Source: Octopus bimaculoides
Taxonomy: Eukaryota
Reading direction: 5' to 3'
Assembly: GCF_001194135.2 (NCBI RefSeq)
Contig: NC_069005.1
Location: 3,329,663-3,393,043 of the forward strand
Length of the DNA stretch: 63,381 bases
The notes beneath the pieces were generated by a model. It saw only the letters and a program-made list of their open reading frames with translations. It was not told where the DNA came from and made no database searches. The number at the start of each line of letters is the position of its first letter. The stretch's first letter is position 1. A program made the translations under genes and the position numbers. Below are positions 53,601 through 63,381 of the stretch, piece by piece.

Positions 53601-54564
53601 CAACCCAATTTCCTTACTCCACCAACAACATCTTATTCTATTGCTTTAAGAATTCAATTCCAGTTCTGATTTTATTACCCACTAAATGAACCGCCCATAA
53701 ATTCCGTCTAACGAGACAGCGAACGCCTTACCGACTCATACGACCTGCTAGAAACAGCAGTATGTATTTCTGAAACCTTATAGCATTATCATAGAGGAGG
53801 GAATCTTGAATATTTATTTTATTCTTGTAGAAGAGAATGGGCTGAAAGGAATAAAAGTTCGGATCCAATGCGTTGCGGTGGTCACTTTAACTCCAAGTAT
53901 TCAATCTCTGCTCGAGGAGTTATTCTAGTGTTGATTATTCTAATCTCTGCCCTAGAATTTCTTTTCGAGATCAGTAAATGGTGATATAATCAGCCGAGTA
54001 CTAAGGGGCAGAGGATTTTCTCCTTTTCACCTTCTCGTTATCGCTTTCTTCCTCGACCTTCCCATATGTCTATATAGCTCCGTTTGTTTATTCAAGAAAT
54101 CAATTTTGAAAGATATCGCTTCCATCAGATACCTGAGATATACATTAGTGCAAAGAGGGAGAGAGAGAGGGGGGAGGAGACGTAGGGGGAGAAAGCTAAC
54201 ACGCAAATATTTTGAAGAACGTGCACGTGGACTTTCATGAATGCTACTGCAAACATGGAATGCCCTACAACCTGTTGCTACATGGTCTGGTAGTCCGTGA
54301 AATAAACTGGCAACCCCAAAAACATCTCATATGTCATACGGACTGGGCAAATTCTTTGCTGTGACATCCTCTTGATCTTAACGAACGGAGGTAGCAGGAT
54401 CTCACCGAAATTTCCATTAACTCACTCCGTAAACGTCCTCAAGCAATCAATCCGTTCGTTAGCTGATATTCATCTTCGAACCCAGCCTATCACTCTTTGA
54501 AAATAAAATATTTGTAAAAGAGAAACAGACTGTGGCACACATATTCAGAATACTTTCGAAAATC

Positions 54565-54766
54565 CTTTCCTACTCTAGGCACAAGACCCGAAATTTTGGG
54601 GGTAGGGGCCATTCGATTAGATCAACCCCAGTACGCAACTGGTACTTAATTTATCGACATCAAAAGGTTGAATGACAAAGTTGACCTCGGCGGGATTTGA
54701 ACGCAGAACGAAATACCGCTAAGCATTTCGTCCGGCGTGCTAACGTCTCTGTCATCTCGTCGCCTT
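54565..54766 (-). mobile_element. SINE family A, near full length
   Basis: CTACTCTAGGCACAAGACCCGAAATTTT...CCCCAGTACGCAACTGGTACTTAATTTATCGAC...AAATACCGCTAAGCATTTCGTCCGGCGTGCTAACG...TCGTCGCCTT. Confidence 0.92.
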
Positions 54767-54859
54767 AATACATTTGAAAATCAACAAATATATAATCGGT
54801 TAAGCGTGTGTGTGTATGTGTGTGTGCTCGGGGATTTCTTATTCATGTATAGTATATTA

Positions 54860-55240
54860 ATTTCAAATCTCAGCACAAGGTCTGCAGTTTCGTGAGAGGT
54901 GTTCAGTTCATTTAATCGATAACAGTGCTCAACTGATAATTATTTTATCAAAGGAGGCGAGCTGGAAGAAACGTTAGCACGCCGGGCGAAATGCTAAGCG
55001 GTATTTCGTATGTCTTTACGTTCTGAGTTCAAATTCCGCCCAGGTCGCTTTTGCCTTTCATCTTTTCAGAGTCGATAAATTAAATACTAGTTGCGTACTG
55101 GCTCCTTCCCCAATATTGTTGGGCCTTGTGCTTCAAGTAGAAACTGATATTTATTTTATCGACCCCGAAAGGATAAAAGGCAAAGACGTTCTCTGTGAAA
55201 TTTGAACGCAGAACGTGTAAACAAATAAAATGCCGCCTCA
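54860..55240 (-). mobile_element. Older SINE family A-like host copy, split by the 54950-55141 insertion
   Basis: Tail half 54860-54949 (CAGCACAAGGTCTGCAG...CAGTGCTCAACTG) resumes after the insert as TTATTTTATCGACCCCGAAAGG...ATTTGAACGCAGAACG. Confidence 0.78.
54950..55141 (+). mobile_element. SINE family A inserted antisense into an older SINE, 19-bp TSD
   Basis: Head AAAGGAGGCGAGCTGGAAGAAACGTTAGCACGCCGGGCG. TSD AACTGATA(A/T)TTATTTTATC at 54931-54949 and 55142-55160. Confidence 0.9.
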
Positions 55241-56060
55241 TTTATGTCTAGTATATTTTGCCTGTGTACAGAACGTTACACTTGTACAATACAATCTACA
55301 CGCATGTTTACATACATTCATAAACTGAGATAAATCTACTATCATATACACGTCAACATATATACACTACAAACACATATCTAGTGATATACATACACCC
55401 CCCCGCATACAACTACACATATAGATTCTTCATATACAGATAGATGCTTCAGTTCTTGAACACTTACAGCCCCACACCAACACATCCATTACTGATGTAC
55501 ATATGTCAAAGCTTATATTTGGTAGCAGTTATAGCCATGTTAAATAAAAAGATAGCAATAAAATAGATATTATCTTTTTTTAAATTAATCAAATTTCATG
55601 AGTATTTATAATTATTTAATTAAATAATTGGATTATTTATCGAGAAATTTATGTGGTTCAGTAAAACATAAAATATATTCATAAAAATAGCTTTCTTATG
55701 TCCTATAATATTTTATTTATAAATCGACTCCCGTGCTGCAGAAATCAATTCTGATATTTATATATTCGCTAGAGTCATTAGAGTGTCGGAATTAGCGTCT
55801 TGCATTATTTTTTCCTGTCTGTGGCGCTCTGAGTTCAACCCCATCGAGGCTATGTTAACAAACAAAAAAAAAGCCTTTTGGGTCAATAAAATAAAATATC
55901 TGAGCATATCGAACCCGTCTGCTTTCAAATCCATTGCGCGAAGGAAATAATAGACTAATGTTTGTTCGACGCATTCATGTTTCCGGTAACTGGTCATCTT
56001 GTTTAATACACGCGTTGCTTGCGCTTAAGAAAGTATAATACAGACACAGAGAGAGAGAGA

Positions 56061-56112
<52 letters not shown>

Positions 56113-56619
56113 GAATTGTGTGCTCTGTGCAGTGGAAACCACATTTACATATGAGTTTAACGCTACTTAATATGCAAATGATGCACGATAAAACGCGGAA
56201 GAGATTATTGTAAATATTAACTTGTAATGAATGTGATTATTAGCTGAAGATGTGTGACGTTGATGAAACGTATTTTCATAAATATTTTCAAATTTCGTCA
56301 TTTGATAAGTAATCGTATGATTTGGGGACAAATGTGTTGAAATTCCTAATGGTTAATTTCGATTTAATAGACTCTGTAACTCTTCTGACATAATTTGAAT
56401 AGGATTAAGATACGGAATCCGAGGTAGATGGCGAGTGTCTGCCTAGCAATGATGGTACATGGTAAAAATCAATACACACACCCATCGACACACACACAAA
56501 CAAACACACGCAAACACGCACACACGCAAATATATATATATAATATATATATATAACGGAGAAATTGTACAAAATGTATAAATAGATGATGAGTAAAGCA
56601 CGGGCAGAGTTTCGATTAC

Positions 56620-56655
56620 CTGTTGTTATCCGAAGATTTATTGCAGGAACTTCGT
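56620..56655 (-). CDS. Candidate 36-nt frame-preserving microexon
   Basis: Long polypyrimidine tract, acceptor ctcccaAG (56656-56657), donor CAG|GTAATC. Phase 1-1 frame (D)EVPAINLRITT(G). Confidence 0.2.
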
Positions 56656-58500
56656 CTTGGGAGACGGAAAGAGGAAGAGAGGTGGTTAGAGAAGTAGGTA
56701 GAGTGAGGTTGAGAGAGACAGAGAGAGAGAGAGAGAGAGGGGGGGGGGGAAGGAGACTATCTACATGCAAAAGAATACACATAAAGTGTGATAGGAAATA
56801 CAAATAACATTATTAACATGAAGACGAAATTAAGTCATACATATACATTCAATAGAGAGCCATTCTATTCCTAGGATGGGGTAGTTATTTTGTCGACGCG
56901 AAGGGAGGTAATGTGGGCCAGGAAAACAGTTGCCATGCAATGAAATGATCGGTCTCAAACTAGTTTTCACTTTATTTTCTCTGCAACATTATATTTTATT
57001 CTTGATTGTATTCTTTAGTTTGTCTGATTTTTTTTTTCGCCTATAATCTGACTTTTAGATTGAATAGAAATTTACTGACAACTTGTCCCTTTTATTTTCT
57101 TTTGTCTATATTTTTATTTCTGCGATTTGCATTTTACATTTTGCTTGTAGATGTATCTTGTCTGTCACTATTTCTATGGTTTTAGTTTATTTTTCTGTGA
57201 ACTGCTGGGAAGGACACACCTCTCTGGGAATACATTATGAGACTGAGTGAAATGGCGAGGCGATCTAACGAAAAACGCAATTAAGTGATCACCTGATAAC
57301 GGGAATTCTATACCTTGGATGTTGGATAATTATTGTACAAAGTGTCAGCTATGGACTACAGGTATAAGAATGCGTCGAAACGGTTGTAGTGAGTTTAAAT
57401 AAAGAATACCGTTAATTCTTTTTGTTTTTCATTTGTCTATACGTAGATACATACACATTCACAAATATCACTATGTAGGCATATGTGTATGTGCTGGTGC
57501 ATTTTCGCAAGATCGCGTGTGTTGCACACGCGCACACGCACCCATACACACACACGCCGACACAAGCACACACATCCTATCTCTCTCCCTCTCTCTCTCA
57601 CTACAAAGTGCGTTTAAGAGCCGTATGTATGCGTACCAGTGCATAGATTTATATGTTCCTAGAAGACTATTCCTGAGACCTATGTAGATACCAACTTAAT
57701 CAAGAAATATTTCAAACTTTACGAAAAATGAAAACAGTAGTTTAAAGGGCAGGCGCAGATGAATATTTTAGTCAGAGAATAGGTTTACATAAACAACGAG
57801 ATAAAATCCGTCTCTGCAAACATTTACGAGAAAGCAATGTCCAATAAGCCTCCAAATTTACAACGAGTTGGATGTAAGCTTGTAGGAGATATGGAATTCA
57901 CGGTTTCACCGATTAATAAAATCCCGGAATTTTACGATGAAATTAAGAGACGTTGCAATTCCAGTCATTAACTGATACGCATTCAAACACAGATTTGACT
58001 TCTCATTTTAGAATTGGCAAAAATATATTCAATAGAAGGTTCCATGGATACAAGTGCTTCTTTATTCATCACTCTCATATCTGCAATGATTATATACCTA
58101 AATCACTTTCTCTTGATATTTCTCCTAAATCTCTTACGTACCTCAATATGGGCATATATATANNNNNNNNNNNNNNNNNNNNNNNNNNNNNNNNNNNNNN
58201 NNNNNNNNNNNNNNNNNNNNNNNNNNNNNNNNNNNNNNNNNNNNNNNNNNNNNNNNNNNNNNNNNNNNNNNNNNNNNNNNNNNNNNNNNNNNNNNNNNNN
58301 NNNNNNNNNNNNNNNNNNNNNNNNNNNNNNNTATATATATGTACTCGACAAACCGGTGTTTTGTGATGTTACACTATTTATTTTTCTCACGGCTGTTTAG
58401 AAATTTTGAAGACGATTATAACTGCAATACTTACATAGTGGATAAGCACTTCGCCCGATAAATGTCTATTAATACATAGAAGGGAAATAATATTTTCTTT

Positions 58501-58718
58501 AAGGCGGCGAGCTGGCAGAATCGTTAGCACGCCGGGCGAAATGGTTAGCTTTATTTCTGCTGTGTTCACGTTCTGAGTTCCAATTCCGCTGAGGTCGACT
58601 TAGCCTTTCATCTATTCGGGGTCGATAAATTGAGCACCAGTTGCGTACTGTGGTCAATCTAATAAACTACCCCCTCCCCAAAATGCTCGGGCTTTCTTCC
58701 TGGAATACGAAAGAATAA
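58501..58718 (+). mobile_element. SINE family A, full length (clearest copy)
   Basis: AAGGCGGCGAGCTGGCAGAATCGTTAGCACGCCGGGCGAAATG, B-box-like GAGTTCCAATTCC, GAGGTCGACT, GGGGTCGATAAATT, CCAGTTGCGTACTG, AAAGAATAAT tail. Confidence 0.93.
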
Positions 58719-58891
58719 TTTCTATATTATACAGTCAGTTGCATGCTTTTGTCAGCATGTTCTTTTCTTCCCAAATTAAACTTTCAATCTATCCTCTCCA
58801 ACACTAAACTCTCATCTCTTTCACTTCTACCGCCAGTCACTATGTGTGTGTATATGTATATGCATGTATATATATACAAATGTATATTTAT

Positions 58892-59056
58892 ATAGGAGTG
58901 GCTGTGTGGTAAGAAGCATGATTCCCGACCACAAACGTTCCGGGTTCAGTCCCACTGCGTGGCACATTCTGCGAGTGTCTTCTGCTATAGACACTGGCCG
59001 GCCAAAACCATTTGAGTGGATTTGGGGGACAGAAACTAAGAGAGGTCCGTCGTATA
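58892..59056 (+). mobile_element. SINE family B 5' module followed by microsatellites
   Basis: ATAGGAGTGGCTGTGTGGTAAG (A box), GGGTTCAGTCCC (B box), ACTGCGTGGCAC, GAGTGGATTTGG, ends GTCCGTCGTATA then (CA)n. Confidence 0.9.
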
Positions 59057-59145
59057 CACACACAGACACACACACACACACAGAGAGAAACAAACCCTCA
59101 CAACTACACACACGCACGCACAGAGAAACACGCATATATATATGA

Positions 59146-59241
<96 letters not shown>

Positions 59242-59754
59242 ATGTAATGGCGTGTGTGCGCATACAATATATCCATAATACATCTTTAAACCGTCCACGT
59301 TTCCACACTTGAAATTGTAAATTTATTTGATGGACAACCTGTATACATCCATATACACATACATGATCATACGCATACACACACACATATACGCACACAC
59401 AAGCACGCACACACATACACACATATATATGTGTGTATATATGCATAATGTGAGAGAGAGGAAGAAACGGTGAATGCTATCGGTGGACAGACAGATAAAA
59501 TGTATATATTTATATAAGTGTGTTTTTGCGGTGGTGTATATAGATTCCGCTTGTAGGGATGGTGAATACATTAGTGTCATTTCATTAATCGTTGTGGATG
59601 AATGATTAGGCTGTATTCAATAAATACTGTCCATTCTGCACATACACACACACAGAGATACACAGACGTAACGACCAGACACACACACACACAGAGTTCC
59701 ACAAACACACACCCACATAAACGAACAGCCATTCACCCTTCCTTGTATACAACA

Positions 59755-59791
<37 letters not shown>

Positions 59792-61120
59792 CANNNNNNN
59801 NNNNNNNNNNNNNNNNNNNNNNNNNNNNNNNNNNNNNNNNNNNNNNNNNNNNNNNNNNNNNNNNNNNNNNNNNNNNNNNNNNNNNNNNNNNNNNNNNNNN
59901 NNNNNNNNNNNNNNNNNNNNNNNNNNNNNNNNNNNNNNNNNNNNNNNNNNNNNNNNNNNNNNNNNNNNNNNNNNNNNNNNNNNNNNNNNNNNNNNNNNNN
60001 NNNNNNNNNNNNNNNNNNNNNNNNNNNNNNNNNNNNNNNNNNNNNNNNNNNNNNNNNNNNNNNNNNNNNNNNNNNTTATTACTAAGTGACAAGAAAAAAT
60101 AACGCAACTTTATAGCAGGAATTTGCAAAAATATATAAATATATCGTTGATCGATATACAGAAATAGGTATAGGAATTCGGTTTGTGATGAATTTTTGGC
60201 TAGGATTTAGATGGACAGATTTTCAGGCCAAAAGAATTTCAGAAGCAGACTTTGAATATAAAACTTAATGCCACCATATATAAAACCTACGAAAGATGTC
60301 TGATGAACATTCTACTTATTAGTTTTAGCTGTGTTCAGTGAAGAGAAAAGAAAGATGTATGGAACAATCAGCCTTTGTGGATGACTTGTTTTTCTTCTTT
60401 GCTTTCAGTAAACTGAAGCATTTCGTTGGTCAAAGCCAGTGAGATAAAAGTTTTCTGTCGAGGTTGTATAGTTATTTGCTTGTTTATTTGTGTTCTGTTT
60501 GTTACGTAATATAGAACATTTTAAAGTTCTTTCGAAGATAATATTTTGGGATGGTAAGTTGTAATGTAGCTACTTACAATGAAATATGTGTGTATGAATG
60601 CATTGATATATACGTATGTATACATGTGTGTATATGTGTGTGTATGTATATATATATATATATGTGTGTCTGTGTATGTATATGTATACATATGCTTATA
60701 AGTACAAACATAAACACATTAATTATTAAAAAACACGCATACACACACAAACATACACACAAACATACATAACATATATATATATGTATATATATATATA
60801 TATGTGTGTCTGTGTATGTATATGTATACATATGCTTATAAGTACAAACATAAACACATTAATTATTNNNNNNNNNNATATATATAAGCATATACGCCCC
60901 ATATCAAAGTGTGTGAATAAGTGCACATCACCATATTGGTGGATAAATATTCTCTATTTCATAGAATATTTCTCAGTATATATGAAGCCTGCCGCATGGG
61001 ACGGTGAGACTCATTTATATCTTTGATAAGAATACGTACTGACTCACTCAACTCATCGCCCTTCAATATGCACAGAACACACCCACGCATATACTTTTAA
61101 TTTTTCTGTATAAATGTAAA

Positions 61121-61292
61121 GCAGGTGTAGGCATAGTTGTGCGGTAAGAAGTTTGCTTCCCATCCATATGGTTCTGGGTTCAGTCCCATGACGTGGCACC
61201 TTGGTAAAGCGTCTTTTTCTATAGCCTCTGGCCGACCAATACCTTGGGATCCGATTTGGTAGACGGAAACTGAAAGAAGCCCCCTATATGCA
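61121..61292 (+). mobile_element. SINE family B 5' module
   Basis: GTTGTGCGGTAAGAAGTTTGCTTCCC...GGGTTCAGTCCCATGACGTGGCACCTTGG...GATTTGGTAGACGGAAACTGAAAGAAGCCC. Confidence 0.9.
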
Positions 61293-62104
61293 GGTACGCT
61301 CTCCAATTCCTCAAAACGAAACCTGTTTATTAGTTATTACAACTATGTCCAATAGAAAGTTTAACGAATATTTTGCTAAGCATCTTTGTAATTGTGTATA
61401 ATGTGATCCGTATTATCGCTTTATACATATCCTCCCTTGGTAGTTTTGTATTACACCTCTTAGAACACACTCTGCTAATGTTAACATCACATTTGCAAAT
61501 AATATTATTAGTAACGAACTAATATTAAATATTGTTCGGTGCAGGATATGATAGGAATTACTTTTCCTCAACATTGAAGGAAACATAGTAAGTTACGCAA
61601 TTCCTGTTTTACATCTCGCGTTATTCTCTGCGGATGAAGAGCATTTGCGGACAAAAGAGGATGCTATTTTTGTGGCATCATATATAGCTTCAATGTTCTA
61701 TTGTCTTCTAACGTGTTGGCTAGGTTTCTCATCGCATGTAAAGTCGATCTCAATTTATTTCTCTTGCCCTTTGCACAATCTCTTCTTAACAGATCAAAGT
61801 TCGTTTGCAGAAAACCAATAGATGCTGGTAACCCGTTATATGTCTGATTCCCCTCCAATTCTACCGAATACATACACTCAAGAATACTTGTTGCAACATG
61901 TTATCACTGTTTTATATTAACAGATCATATGCAGACACGTTAATTGTGCTGGGCCTGAAGTTACTTTAATCTAGTACGGAAGCCAATTCCAAAATGACAC
62001 CTTGTGCGTACTCACATGCTATGTTTCGAAATAGCGATTAGTATTTGTAAATATTGACACCTAATTATCTCTGCGAATAAATATTACACATCATTGGCGC
62101 AGGT

Positions 62105-62380
62105 GCCACTACGTGGTTGATCTCCAACTGCTTAATTCCAAGATCATTGTGTGGCACCTTGGGCAACTGAATTCTATCTTACATATATACATATATGATA
62201 GACAGGAAGCAGCTAGGTTGGCTCTTTGAAATACAGGTACTACTCATTTTACCTGTTGCGCGGGCCGGATAAACGTGGAGTAAAGTGCCATAGTCGATGG
62301 TATAATGTTTCAGCATGTATCGAACTCACTGTCTTATGATGGTGGGCCGAACACAGTAAACACTTAACCACGCAACTTAT
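62105..62380. mobile_element. Old SINE remnants (CORE-like block on +, family C-like on -)
   Basis: TGTGTGGCACCTTGGGCAA at about 62148-62166. TGAAATACAGGTACTACTCATTT...ATGTATCGAACTCAC...CACTTAACCAC. Confidence 0.5.
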
Positions 62381-63130
62381 TTTTGTATATCAATTGCCAA
62401 AATGATTTAAGACTCAATGCCTAGGAGTTTAAGGTGTGATTTTTCGGGTCATTTGACTGTTATTTCTGATAGTATCTGAGCGCTGGAATTAACATCGTTG
62501 ATTCAAGTAAATCTATTGGATTACAGTGGTACGTTTCCATCTTCTTCATTATGCACAGACTAACTGAACTTAACGCTGCTTAACGGTCGATGTTTTCAAC
62601 AATACTTAAAAGTAATGATTTCAAATACAGACAGACACAGACTGCCAATCAGCCTTTCAAGATGACATAGCTTATCACCTATTGTGTTTATTAATTGCAA
62701 CAATTTAATTTAAAATTAATGAATATTTTCCCGAGATTTAATTATGATTATAGTACTATTTCGATGTTATTGAAAAGCAGATGATTACTAAGATATCATC
62801 AGTCCGTGTAACACATTAAATAAAGTAACCATGTTGGTGTGGGGCTAAACCCATCAGCCAATAATTCTAGAGTTCAAATTAACTGATGTGTAATGTTGCA
62901 TATTTCAACAGAAAATTTAATTTTACATTATCTCAGATCACTTATCTCTCATGAATATGCAGAAGATCAACATGCAAATATTACATTTGACAGACTGACA
63001 TGAAATTTATAGAGCAATGCTAAAGCTGTGTATAAATTAGTACAGACACACGTACATGATCATTTGAGCACAAAGAAACGTCCAATACACATAGTAATAT
63101 AGATACACACACACACATATAAATATATAG

Positions 63131-63167
<37 letters not shown>

Positions 63168-63381
63168 GTTTTAGGGAAAATAACCAATTTTCAAGAACTC
63201 ATCGATGAAAATCCACTATCACATATAGAAAAATTAATAATTAAAAGCACAATAAATGAGTATAATATAAAGTAAAGTAAATATCATAAGATAAATATAA
63301 TAAAAAGATTACACGTGTTTCATAACCAATTTTCAAATAGAAAAGAAATTTAAATCGATTAAAATCAATTGAAATTATCTA

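Noticed and set aside
58501-58590. tRNA gene
   Set aside because: A and B boxes are present, but the sequence continues into the SINE body and tail and recurs in many diverged copies. It is a tRNA-derived SINE head.
60461-60473. let-7-like AGGTTGTATAGTT
   Set aside because: Matches only the 3' 13 nt; the seed is absent and there is no hairpin.
60645-60867. About 140-bp tandem duplication
   Set aside because: The second copy ends exactly at a 10-N gap, which is typical of an unmerged contig overlap.

Overview
AT-rich, microsatellite-dense eukaryotic genomic DNA from a gappy short-read draft assembly. It has about 17 N-gaps, most flanked by (TA)n or (CA)n. The dominant interspersed repeats resemble, from memory, the tRNA-derived SINEs of octopods, so the source is probably an Octopus genome (inference, no database search). 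I found no recognisable host protein-coding gene, RNA gene or CRISPR array. Nearly all ORFs in the supplied track are read-throughs of microsatellites or N-gaps. Well supported features: (i) many copies of at least three SINE families, including tandem, nested and inverted arrangements, one with a 19-bp target-site duplication (TSD); (ii) four decayed fragments of R4/Dong-like (restriction-endonuclease-like) non-LTR retrotransposons from several lineages, each abutting (TAA)n/(TTA)n arrays; (iii) a complete pogo/Tigger-like MITE with TA duplication, plus a half copy; (iv) many simple and compound microsatellites. Weaker leads: a decayed minimal hammerhead-like motif of the Penelope type, a CpG-rich exon/promoter-like patch, and several isolated GC-richer patches with splice-like ends, mostly on the minus strand. 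These could be exons of a large-intron gene, but I cannot assign them to a protein. The window reads as intronic or intergenic DNA, and I cannot support a claim of a novel biological system. Repeat boundaries are approximate unless a TSD or terminal inverted repeat (TIR) is quoted.
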